Shown: piece after piece, positions 39,125 to 47,308 of the stretch | Layout of the letters: each line of letters opens with the position of its first letter | Position numbering within the stretch: position 1 is the stretch's first letter | Sequence record: MT446399.1 | Direction: 5' to 3' (one strand) | Length of the DNA: 51,729 bases | Origin: Escherichia virus TH25 | The notes under the pieces: generated by a model | Databases searched by the model: none | Seen by the model: the letters and a program-made list of their open reading frames with translations, nothing else | Told to the model about the DNA's origin: nothing | Position numbers and translations under genes: made by a program

Positions 39125-39799
39125 TCAATACATATTGAATCGTTCGATTGTTTTGATTACCAAATCCTTTGTCTCATCGACAGTGAGTTCAGTGATGATT
39201 GATTCGTCATAACCCTCAATCTGGATTGCTACAAAACGCCCAACACCTGTTACGGTAAGTCGGTTAGTTCTGTCACGAACAACTACACCAGCTTCTTGCG
39301 CGACTGCTCGCAACAATTTCCAGCGTAAAGTTCGGTTTGGTACAGCAAAGCCCTTTGTCAAGAACAACTCTTTCATGAGTTCCCCGAGGCAAACAGCTTC
39401 AATGTTTTGTCCTCTTCCAACTAATTCTTGCAACAGGCACAGTGTCAACATTTCTAAATTGTTGAAGTGACCAGCGCGCTCCAAATTAAAGAACTCTGGA
39501 GGAACAGTTGAACGGGATTTAACAGCTTGCTTATATGCACGTTCTTCTTCCTGTGCAGCAAGCATTAGCATCTCTGGCTTGATATATTTCATAGCAGAGA
39601 AGCCAGCGCGTGTGGCTTTAATTATGCGACAAGCCTCTTTCATCTTGTAGCGTTGCCACTCACCGCGCTTCGATTCTGGATTAAAATGGACCCACATAAT
39701 GATAACATCTTCCTTGGCAAGATAGACGGCATCATTATCATTGAGCCATTGCTTGCACGTTGATAGTGCAATCTCTTTGTCATCATCATGATAAGACAT
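39125..39799 (-). CDS. Hypothetical protein
   Basis: Track ORF 39125..39856; ATG at 39799 follows upstream stop by 1 nt. Confidence 0.4.
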   Translation of the reverse strand: MSYHDDDKEIALSTCKQWLNDNDAVYLAKEDVIIMWVHFNPESKRGEWQRYKMKEACRIIKATRAGFSAMKYIKPEMLMLAAQEEERAYKQAVKSRSTVPPEFFNLERAGHFNNLEMLTLCLLQELVGRGQNIEAVCLGELMKELFLTKGFAVPNRTLRWKLLRAVAQEAGVVVRDRTNRLTVTGVGRFVAIQIEGYDESIITELTVDETKDLVIKTIERFNMY

Positions 39800-39800
39800 T

Positions 39801-40091
39801 TTAGTGGCCTTGTAGGATACGTTTGTTCGCAGTTTCTGCGTCGATTCCCAAATCAACTAATGTAACCAAGCACTGCGAAATCCGCTCTTGCGCAGCTTTC
39901 TCCAGAATTTGGTATTTTTCGTCGTTAACGCCTAACACATTCTTGGCATGAATGAGTGTAGCCATTAGGCCATGACCCAAAGCAACAGCTTGCATTGCCT
40001 GGAGTTCAAAGTTGATTGTGATGCCAGCGAGTTCGTGCTCCTTCTGGATAATCTCAATCAACTCTTCTTTGGATTTATCTTGCAAGTTCAA
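39801..40091 (-). CDS. Hypothetical protein
   Basis: 96-aa ORF, ATGA overlap with upstream gene. Confidence 0.35.
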   Translation of the reverse strand: MNLQDKSKEELIEIIQKEHELAGITINFELQAMQAVALGHGLMATLIHAKNVLGVNDEKYQILEKAAQERISQCLVTLVDLGIDAETANKRILQGH

Positions 40092-40408
40092 AATGGAACT
40101 CCGTAAATTGGTTGGTTAGTTGTCCATTCGCGAGTTGCGATTTGCATGGACTTGTTTGGTCCGTGGTAGAAGTATTTCTTAACTTCCTCAAGTGTATATT
40201 TAGCACTGCTTCCTAGTATGTCTTTGAAGGTGTGCTTCCAGAACCCATCTTTCTCCGAAATTCCTACGGTAAAGTCGTTGGTTCCGTTGTACCACCAACG
40301 TCCACCAATCAAAACGAAGTGGATTGTTTCTTCCTCACCTTCCCCACTTAGAACGGACGTTAGTACATTTCTTAATGTCAAAACTTTAGCAGAATGCTTG
40401 CGAATCAT
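40088..40408 (-). CDS. Hypothetical protein
   Basis: 106-aa ORF; GGAG 10 nt upstream of ATG. Confidence 0.4.
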   Translation of the reverse strand: MIRKHSAKVLTLRNVLTSVLSGEGEEETIHFVLIGGRWWYNGTNDFTVGISEKDGFWKHTFKDILGSSAKYTLEEVKKYFYHGPNKSMQIATREWTTNQPIYGVPF

Positions 40409-41046
40409 AGGAACTCTCCAATTTTCGATTCAGTGTTTGTGACTTCTCTTCTCATCTTTTGGCCCATGAAACAGGCCACAGGGTTGCGAAAATAGCCCTA
40501 TTTTAGGACTATAGCCAACCGTTTGTGTCAATTCTGGATAACTGCATTGGTGAAGGGTTACTCCCGTTAGGGTGCGGTACGCTAATCACATGAGTGTTGT
40601 CGCCTTACGGCTCAGGCGTGTCACAGAGGCTTTATAACCCTTCCCAATACATTCACCCAAATCCCAGCGTTGGCGTAGCTGGTGGCTTGGTTTTGTGCGG
40701 ATTATGCCACTCTAAGCCCTGTTTGTCCGACTTCCTCGGAGCACCAGCGGCTTGTGGCACAAACCTATTTTCGAATGACTAACATAAGCATGAGGCACAA
40801 CCCTCTAATTATTCAGCCCTAACAGCTTGCTTATTTAGTACCAATTCAACCCAATACATACACAACTATATACAATAGCGAACTATCTGCGAAAACTATC
40901 CGGCCCTATGGCCTAAGTTAAAGTTAATAGTGTGTGATGGAAACATTCCATCGAAAATAACTTTGTAGAATGAGTCGAACATTCTCGCACGTTATCGGCC
41001 GTAACGGTCTACCGAGTTACAAAGTTATTATCTGATGTTGTTTCTT

Positions 41047-41061
41047 CAATTCCAACTAATG
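41047..41061 (-). promoter_or_regulatory. Recurrent motif copy (+ strand CAATTCCAACTAATG)
   Basis: 15-bp motif family member in ORF-free region. Confidence 0.3.
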
Positions 41062-41181
41062 CCAATCTGTGCGACACACTCAGTCCAAGTTGTCCAGACT
41101 TGGTTGCTTAGGTCTGTGCTTATTGCAGTGGACTTCCTAGCAATTACTAATGACTAAGTATGTCGTCAGATTGACACTATT

Positions 41182-41196
41182 CAATTCCAACTAATG
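41182..41196 (-). promoter_or_regulatory. Recurrent motif copy (+ strand CAATTCCAACTAATG)
   Basis: 15-bp motif family member; followed by identical GTTTCAGA as the 41324 copy. Confidence 0.3.
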
Positions 41197-41267
41197 TTTC
41201 AGAATTATTCCAATATTCCAAACAAAAAAGAATAATAAGAATAAAATTAAATAAATGAAGAAAGTGC

Positions 41268-41297
41268 TTGACACCCATTTGGCGATAGGTGTATAAT
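41268..41297 (+). promoter_or_regulatory. Sigma70-type promoter candidate on the plus strand (TTGACA-18 bp-TATAAT with AT-rich upstream element)
   Basis: Consensus -35 at 41268-41273 and consensus -10 at 41292-41297, preceded by about 45 bp of A/T-rich sequence; oriented opposite to all genes. Confidence 0.4.
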
Positions 41298-41323
41298 GCC
41301 TTTCTTCCCTAAGAGGTCAGAAT

Positions 41324-41338
41324 CAAATCCCACTAATG
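41324..41338 (-). promoter_or_regulatory. Recurrent motif copy (+ strand CAAATCCCACTAATG)
   Basis: 15-bp motif family member. Confidence 0.3.
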
Positions 41339-41408
41339 TTTCAGACTAAAGCCGAAGGCCAATGCGAGCACAAAACCCGCTTGGCACTTCGAAGAAACCC
41401 GCCTGGAA

Positions 41409-41648
41409 CTATAGTGTTTTCCAATCTGAGTCAAATAACTCTTTCGGTCGTGTGTAGATAGTAGAAGAATCAATGCTCAAGAACGTATGATTCCCGTACT
41501 TCTTCACTTCTTGATAAGCAAACCCATCTACCCAACTTCCGCAGTGAGTTTTAATCTTTGTAGGCCCAAGAATACGATAGAAAGTGTTACGAGGCTGGTG
41601 GTGAACAATCAGTCCAGCCTCAAGTTCAGCAATATTTAAATCACGCAT
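41409..41648 (-). CDS. Hypothetical protein
   Basis: 79-aa ORF. Confidence 0.35.
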   Translation of the reverse strand: MRDLNIAELEAGLIVHHQPRNTFYRILGPTKIKTHCGSWVDGFAYQEVKKYGNHTFLSIDSSTIYTRPKELFDSDWKTL

Positions 41649-42189
41649 TTAAGAACAATACTCCTTCGGAGAAGATGTAGTCGCTGCCGTAATCTTTGAC
41701 GATTGCATCCCAATCAATATATGGACGAAGATGGTCTGGAACTTCTATACCATCATATTGTTTGAAGTAGTCTGCAATTGAATCACAACGAGTAATAAAC
41801 ATGTCATTCAAACTGTCGACGGTGAAAATATCAATCTCGCCACTACGGAATGCTGCAAGAATTACAAACAAATCAGTGTCATTTAAAAGCTCATTGAATT
41901 TGTCATACTTGCGTAGGCTGAATAGGCCATCAACAAAGCAAACTTCTGTAACATCCTCATCTCTTGATTCGAGAATGTCGTAAGTCCCTGTTTCTGGGTA
42001 CTCGATGCCATATTCTTCGTGTAAATATTCTGACATGTTGAAGTCATATAGCCGCCATGCCAGGCCATCAATCCAAGCATCTTCATGCTCGGAATTGTTT
42101 TCGCCTGTGTAGAAACGAACCAGTAAGGTTTCATCTCTACGCCAGGACTTAAGCTGTTCTACTGCTTGAGTAATGTTATCGTTTTGCAT
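41641..42189 (-). CDS. Strongly acidic early protein (DNA-mimic candidate)
   Basis: 182 aa with roughly 40 Asp/Glu versus about 13 Lys/Arg by eye; early-region position. Confidence 0.4.
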   Translation of the reverse strand: MQNDNITQAVEQLKSWRRDETLLVRFYTGENNSEHEDAWIDGLAWRLYDFNMSEYLHEEYGIEYPETGTYDILESRDEDVTEVCFVDGLFSLRKYDKFNELLNDTDLFVILAAFRSGEIDIFTVDSLNDMFITRCDSIADYFKQYDGIEVPDHLRPYIDWDAIVKDYGSDYIFSEGVLFLNA

Positions 42190-42466
42190 TGAGTTTCTCC
42201 CAAGTACCTTTCAATTCTGTGTCCAAAATTTTAAGCTGATTGATTCGCTCATTTCCACCTTTGATAAGTGCACTGAGGATAGCAGCCTTCTCGTTGTAAC
42301 TGACAGTGTAGACTACATCGTCAAGTTCCATAGTGTACTGCATCCTCTTCTCATCACCTACGTTAATTGATAGGTGCTGGTGGAGAATATTCTCTGCACG
42401 GATGGTTCTTGCCTCCAGTGCATTCAACTCTCTTGGGATATCTTCGTAATTCATCGGATGCTCCAT
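42176..42466 (-). CDS. Hypothetical protein
   Basis: 96-aa ORF. Confidence 0.35.
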   Translation of the reverse strand: MEHPMNYEDIPRELNALEARTIRAENILHQHLSINVGDEKRMQYTMELDDVVYTVSYNEKAAILSALIKGGNERINQLKILDTELKGTWEKLNAKR

Positions 42467-42474
42467 TGATGAAG

Positions 42475-42888
42475 TTATGCTGGAAGTTCGAAGTGCGGCA
42501 TATCAATCAGCTTCTTCTTACCTGGTGCAAGTGGTGGATACGGCTGATTTTCATCAATACGGCTCCAGTTCCCACCCCAACGAATGGTAATTCCAAGCTC
42601 TTTTGCAGCTTTGAACATATGATGAGCTAAAACTTTAAATCGTTCGAGGTCATTCCAGTCAATTGGATATGGCGCAATGTCCAAAGCGTTGCCTGACATG
42701 TGTCGGCTTACTGAAACTTTGGTTGCACCTTGCTTTAACAGCTCTTGTTGACGTTCATAAGAGCGTAAACCTTCCAGAACAGTTACATCAAAAGGCATGG
42801 TTTCACACGCCCGTTTGAAAACTGCAACTAATGAAGGATTTACTCCCTTAAGTCGGTCTAAAGAACGTTGACCGAGCTTAACATTCAT
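42475..42888 (-). CDS. Peptidase M15 family (L-alanyl-D-glutamate / D-Ala-D-Ala peptidase-like)
   Basis: 137 aa; zinc-ligand blocks SRHMSGNALD and DMPHFE. Confidence 0.65.
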   Translation of the reverse strand: MNVKLGQRSLDRLKGVNPSLVAVFKRACETMPFDVTVLEGLRSYERQQELLKQGATKVSVSRHMSGNALDIAPYPIDWNDLERFKVLAHHMFKAAKELGITIRWGGNWSRIDENQPYPPLAPGKKKLIDMPHFELPA

Positions 42889-43163
42889 TATTTGCCCTTT
42901 AACGCATCGTTTAAAGTGTTGTTTAGCAGTGTGTTGAGGTTATCAAGTTCATCAAATGCTGCCTGAGCCTTGGTAACTTCATCAACAAGTAATGCTCGAA
43001 GAACTGCATGCTCAACAAGCACCCATCCGTCGATACAGTCGATGAAAACTTTAACTTTATCAACTGGAGCATTTAAATCAAAGGCAGATAAGTCGGATTT
43101 GGCATTGTCCAACTTTCCTTTTGCCTTACTTAGTTCAACAGGAACTTGGTCTATCGAAATCAT
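42888..43163 (-). CDS. Hypothetical protein
   Basis: 91-aa ORF, start overlaps upstream stop. Confidence 0.35.
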   Translation of the reverse strand: MISIDQVPVELSKAKGKLDNAKSDLSAFDLNAPVDKVKVFIDCIDGWVLVEHAVLRALLVDEVTKAQAAFDELDNLNTLLNNTLNDALKGK

Positions 43164-43387
43164 TGAAAATTATTTCCACTAGGGTGAATGGTTAATTTAA
43201 AAGATACAGACTCCCGATTGATTTCGGTTGTTCCTTCCACGAGGGCCGTAGACAGAATTACTGCACCTTTCCCTGCTCGCTCCAAGAATTTGATTACTCG
43301 GTCGCGAAGTACTGGCCAGTGACGATATTCGCAACTGGATTCAAGTAAGTATGATATCCCATCAATGGTAAATTCAGATGACGTCAT
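43160..43387 (-). CDS. Hypothetical protein
   Basis: 75-aa ORF. Confidence 0.3.
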   Translation of the reverse strand: MTSSEFTIDGISYLLESSCEYRHWPVLRDRVIKFLERAGKGAVILSTALVEGTTEINRESVSFKLTIHPSGNNFQ

Positions 43388-43734
43388 TTAACTTCCTTAC
43401 AATAGGTTGATAACAATGGAAATTTGGCATGAAAGAAGTCAATGTCACGATAAATCTGTAGCACCAAACGTTCCTCAGCGTCAACACCAACTAAGGCCAG
43501 CTTACTGCTCTGTGTATTATAGAACACTGTTGACATTGGGTTAGGATTCCCGTTATCTGGAATCTCAATCCAAGTACCTTCGTGCAAAGAAATTGTTGCA
43601 ATGAGTGGCTGGCTCATTGTAATTGTTTCAACGGACATTTTGTATCCGCCACACTGGAAGCTGCGAACAGATGCTTCTGATTTGAATGCGAATACCCCAA
43701 ACAAAATTGTGAGTGCAATGTATAAAGTTTTCAT
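43384..43734 (-). CDS. Secreted/periplasmic protein, function unknown
   Basis: 116 aa with N-terminal signal peptide MKTLYIALTILFGVFAFKSEA. Confidence 0.4.
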   Translation of the reverse strand: MKTLYIALTILFGVFAFKSEASVRSFQCGGYKMSVETITMSQPLIATISLHEGTWIEIPDNGNPNPMSTVFYNTQSSKLALVGVDAEERLVLQIYRDIDFFHAKFPLLSTYCKEVK

Positions 43735-43789
43735 GAATGCTCCAGTGATAATTAATCGAGGCCACTCGAAGTGGAATGACCTCTGTTAA

Positions 43790-44713
43790 TTACAGCTTCT
43801 TGATAAGCTCTGCTGATTTGCTTGCAGCAACTTTCATTTCATCACGTGCGGCTTTAGTGATTGATGCCTTGTCCACGCGAATGTTGCAGTTGCCGATTGC
43901 AATCTTGCCATCTGCTGTTGGTGCAAGTTGCTGTAAGTCCAGCATTTGCTCCAGCTTTTGCAGAAGAATACGCTGTGCTTCGATTGCATTTTGGATATTT
44001 AAAGTTTCCATTACTGCTCTTACCTTTCTCGAATAAGTTCCAGTTAATACCAGACGTACTTGCAAACCTTTTACGTCGCCGTAGTCAACATTGACTTTAT
44101 TGTATGGTGAGTTTGGGTGCTTGTACACATTTGTAACAGTTGCCCAATTACCCTTAAACCAGATAACATCACCAACTTCCACATCAGCGCCTTTAACATC
44201 CTCTTCATCTGAGAATGGTTTCACTGCTTCCTCATAAGGAAGAAATACCGGTGTTATCTGCGTATTGTATGTTGCTGTTGGAGTTCCCAAAGCTGGTAGC
44301 TCGTTAACAATGTGGACTATGCGGTTAAGTGAAAAGTCAAAGTAGCCTGTTTCATGAATTAAGCGAACCGCCCTTTCTGGAATTTCCCCAAGGTCTTTAA
44401 CTTCCCTTATCTTAAAGAATTTGATTCCGTAAGATAAAGTGTTTCCGGGTCGCACTTGGTGTGCCAACACTGCGCGTGTTGAGGTCGGTTTTGCAAAAGA
44501 ACCTTTTGTAGGAAGTGGCCTGTCCAATATTTTGACTATACGGCCTAATTCAAAATTGAAGTATCCACCAGAATATTGTAGCTGAACTACATCACTGAGT
44601 CTGTTGATGTGAACAATCAGATACTCTTTATCTCCATGAAATACAACGTCGCCAGTTTTGACCAAGTTGGCAGGTATTTCAACAATTTTAGTCCCCATTA
44701 TGGTATTCCTCAC
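43790..44713 (-). CDS. Hypothetical protein with internal tandem repeat
   Basis: 307 aa; GYFNFELGRIVKI and GYFDFSLNRIVHI repeated about 90 aa apart. Confidence 0.4.
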   Translation of the reverse strand: MRNTIMGTKIVEIPANLVKTGDVVFHGDKEYLIVHINRLSDVVQLQYSGGYFNFELGRIVKILDRPLPTKGSFAKPTSTRAVLAHQVRPGNTLSYGIKFFKIREVKDLGEIPERAVRLIHETGYFDFSLNRIVHIVNELPALGTPTATYNTQITPVFLPYEEAVKPFSDEEDVKGADVEVGDVIWFKGNWATVTNVYKHPNSPYNKVNVDYGDVKGLQVRLVLTGTYSRKVRAVMETLNIQNAIEAQRILLQKLEQMLDLQQLAPTADGKIAIGNCNIRVDKASITKAARDEMKVAASKSAELIKKL

Positions 44714-44823
44714 GCATTGCTGAACAGTGCTTACACACCCAAAAGGTTACATAATCGTTTTCATGTGAAATCTCCCAATTATGTAGCCCTATAAAACATA
44801 AAATTTTCATAGGGCATCTCCAA

Positions 44824-45201
44824 TTAGAATGGAATGTCGTCGTCGAAGTCTTTCGGCTCGTCCGGATTGTAGTTGCTGTTCTGCGTCTGTTGCTGAACAG
44901 GTGCTTGCTGTTGTGCAGAAGGTTGCTGGCGTTGCTGTTGCTGTTGAGCGGCAGCTTGAGGTTGAGCTTTGGCTTTAGCCTTCTCTTCACGCTTACGCAT
45001 CATTTCATCGACTTGTTCTTGGGTCATGATGGTGAGTGCCAGCGAGGTAAATTCATTACCATTGGCTTGCTTGTTCCAACCGGACACCCAATACCAGATT
45101 CCGTCAACGTTAATACGTCCACGAACGTCAGGATGTTTTGGGTCTTTCTTGAAGCCATTGGAACCGATGATGCCAGTATTTACGTCTGAATATTGTGCCA
45201 T
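44824..45201 (-). CDS. SSB-like small protein with bacterial-SSB C-terminal tip (DFDDDIPF)
   Basis: 125 aa; Gln-rich linker then C-terminal PKDFDDDIPF matching the E. coli SSB acidic tip. Confidence 0.55.
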   Translation of the reverse strand: MAQYSDVNTGIIGSNGFKKDPKHPDVRGRINVDGIWYWVSGWNKQANGNEFTSLALTIMTQEQVDEMMRKREEKAKAKAQPQAAAQQQQQRQQPSAQQQAPVQQQTQNSNYNPDEPKDFDDDIPF

Positions 45202-45274
45202 GATTAAGATTCTCTTAAGTTAATTACAGTTTAAGTTTCAGTGACATTGCTAACCACGGAATAGCTTTGTCTCT

Positions 45275-45289
45275 CACATCCAACTAATG
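45275..45289 (-). promoter_or_regulatory. Recurrent motif copy (+ strand CACATCCAACTAATG)
   Basis: Consensus copy 74 bp upstream of start at 45201. Confidence 0.35.
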
Positions 45290-45329
45290 TTAGATTAATC
45301 AGGAACACTCAATGAATGCCCTTGTTAAT

Positions 45330-45530
45330 TTAACAGGATTTACAATCGTTTATAAACTTTCTACGCAATTTGCGCACTTGCTTTTTAGTGGGCTTTGCCG
45401 GAAAGAATTTGCACTCGATGTTATGCCAAAATGGGTTGTCATCCACTTCAACAAACCACAAAGTCCACCCAGCAGGAACTCCAGTAGGACTGTAACTTTT
45501 GTGGCTATACAAATGTGTATCTACAATCAT
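45330..45530 (-). CDS. Hypothetical protein
   Basis: 66-aa ORF. Confidence 0.3.
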   Translation of the reverse strand: MIVDTHLYSHKSYSPTGVPAGWTLWFVEVDDNPFWHNIECKFFPAKPTKKQVRKLRRKFINDCKSC

Positions 45531-45817
45531 TACATCACCTTTGAAACAGGAATCGGGTCGATGTTTGATTCAGGTTTATACCAACTTACTTCACCTGAAT
45601 CTTTCACAAGCTCCCACAGATTGGAGAATGTACGATAAGATAAATTGCGGTTATCATCATTAACGACAAAACCCAAAGGAGATTGAATATACGCACCGAG
45701 TGTACCATTGTTGCGAGGAACTCCGTCACCACGACCTGCGACGATTTTGTACTTCTTGCCTTTGGTAAAGCTGGAATTAGTTTCACCAACATACTTAACG
45801 ATTGAATTCTTGTTCAT
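45530..45817 (-). CDS. Hypothetical protein
   Basis: 95-aa ORF, 1-nt overlap coupling. Confidence 0.35.
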   Translation of the reverse strand: MNKNSIVKYVGETNSSFTKGKKYKIVAGRGDGVPRNNGTLGAYIQSPLGFVVNDDNRNLSYRTFSNLWELVKDSGEVSWYKPESNIDPIPVSKVM

Positions 45818-46101
45818 TTCTTAATTTTCTCCCATTTAGACAAACCACCCTCAAGACTGAATACGCGGTTACAACCAGATTCATCTTTAATGACAAATTG
45901 AGTTCCTGTCAGTTGAACTGGCTCAAGCGAACCAAACAACACTTTAGGTTTTGACAAGCTGGTGGCAAGAACCACATAAACTTTGCTTGGGCAAATATCA
46001 AAAGCAAAGTCACGAGTGTAAACTAAGTCACCAACTTTCAAATATGCTGGCAACAGGCGACCTGTGGCTGGGTCACGTTGTAAACGAGTACGTTGTTTCA
46101 T
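45814..46101 (-). CDS. Hypothetical protein
   Basis: 95-aa ORF, ATGA coupling. Confidence 0.35.
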   Translation of the reverse strand: MKQRTRLQRDPATGRLLPAYLKVGDLVYTRDFAFDICPSKVYVVLATSLSKPKVLFGSLEPVQLTGTQFVIKDESGCNRVFSLEGGLSKWEKIKK

Positions 46102-46164
46102 AAATGCTCCAAGTTAATTAATAATATTCAGCAACCACTCTCATTATAAGAATGGTTGAGGAAA

Positions 46165-46332
46165 TTATTTGACCTCTTCCCAAGACCAGATGCTGCCTTT
46201 TAACGGAATGCTTTCACCAACACTCCAGTAAGGTTTTCCATCAACATCCTTGTGGTCACTATCTTTCAAAAGGTTTATGCGAGCTTCCACACCATATTCC
46301 CTCTGAACATGTACAAGTTCTCCCTCAAGCAC
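46165..46332 (-). CDS. Hypothetical protein, probable GTG start
   Basis: Open frame of 69 codons without ATG; GTG at 46332 lies 3 nt before the stop of a 23-codon upstream ORF (ATG 46396). Confidence 0.25.
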   Translation of the reverse strand: MLEGELVHVQREYGVEARINLLKDSDHKDVDGKPYWSVGESIPLKGSIWSWEEVK

Positions 46333-46392
46333 GACACCAACTTGCGGAGAATACTTCCCAGAAGATGTTGATTTTTACACATTTAAACTTTG

Positions 46393-46620
46393 TCATTGCA
46401 ATACACCTTGTTCACAAATGTCTGCAAATTCTATACGATGGTCACGCTGCCATGTCCAGAATGCACCATTCATAGGAACGACAGCACCTTTACGAAATGC
46501 TGGAGAAATACTCTCAGCAGATTTGGTTACTTTAAATTCCAAAGGCGAAATAGCTTCACCTTCAATGATTAAGCCAACTGGAACGTAGTCTTTGTTGGAA
46601 GCAACACATTTAAATTTCAT
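46393..46620 (-). CDS. Hypothetical protein
   Basis: 75-aa ORF. Confidence 0.35.
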   Translation of the reverse strand: MKFKCVASNKDYVPVGLIIEGEAISPLEFKVTKSAESISPAFRKGAVVPMNGAFWTWQRDHRIEFADICEQGVLQ

Positions 46621-46873
46621 GGTATAAAACTCCTAATTCAGATTCTAATTTAAATTCACGGAAGAAATCCATTGTTACAAATCGGACTTTACCTTCGTCA
46701 TCAACTACGTTACAGGAAATGTCGGAGTGGACCATCCTGCCTAGCTTCAAAGCAACTTCTGAAAGATTCGCTTCGCCAGTCCCTGAGATTACACGGTAGA
46801 TGCGATATGGTGTAAAGCCGCTTAAAGAGTTATTACGGCTTGGGACAATCATCATGCCTGTTCTAGTAGCCAT
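46610..46873 (-). CDS. Hypothetical protein
   Basis: Track ORF 46610..46924; ATG at 46873 has GGAG 7 nt upstream. Confidence 0.35.
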   Translation of the reverse strand: MATRTGMMIVPSRNNSLSGFTPYRIYRVISGTGEANLSEVALKLGRMVHSDISCNVVDDEGKVRFVTMDFFREFKLESELGVLYHEI

Positions 46874-46886
46874 AATAACTCCAATA

Positions 46887-46970
46887 TTAAAAGTACATGA
46901 ATGCGCCAATAGTAAGTAGCACAAGTGGAAACATCAGAATACAGAATACTAATTTCTTTACGATATCCAT
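46887..46970 (-). CDS. Small hydrophobic peptide (27 aa, single TM helix)
   Basis: MDIVKKLVFCILMFPLVLLTIGAFMYF; TAATG overlap with upstream ORF; too short for the track. Confidence 0.25.
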   Translation of the reverse strand: MDIVKKLVFCILMFPLVLLTIGAFMYF

Positions 46971-47143
46971 TATTTCACCAGGAAGTAGAGAACAAGGGCA
47001 ACACCGACACATGCAATGATTGTTGGCATATAATTATCAATTTTACGATATTTACGTTCGACTGGCTTCTTGCCTTCGATGGCATTCATCAGTTCTTGAT
47101 GATTAATCTGCTGCATGAATGTGTTGAATTGCTGGTCGTTCAT
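46970..47143 (-). CDS. Small protein with C-terminal TM helix (57 aa)
   Basis: ATG at 47143 with GGAG 9 nt upstream; ends ...IIACVGVALVLYFLVK. Confidence 0.3.
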   Translation of the reverse strand: MNDQQFNTFMQQINHQELMNAIEGKKPVERKYRKIDNYMPTIIACVGVALVLYFLVK

Positions 47144-47308
47144 TTAATACTCCAGATATTCGTAAATTGATTTAACACGTCTTGCCACTTCACGAGCAGG
47201 CATACGTGGATTTGCTTCTTTAGCCATTTTCTTCAAACGTTTGTTTGAACTGCCGTAGGCAGCAGCGTAAACACAGGATTTAAAAGATTTGAAATGGGAT
47301 AATTTCAT
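47144..47308 (-). CDS. Small basic protein (54 aa)
   Basis: ATG at 47308 overlaps upstream stop (ATGA); stop TAA abuts next ATG. Confidence 0.25.
   Translation of the reverse strand: MKLSHFKSFKSCVYAAAYGSSNKRLKKMAKEANPRMPAREVARRVKSIYEYLEY

Noticed and set aside
44688-44990. 100-aa minus-strand ORF overlapping the SSB-like gene
   Set aside because: N-terminal two-thirds is an alternative frame of the SSB-like gene; at most the last about 40 codons (44688-44810) could be a separate small Cys-containing gene
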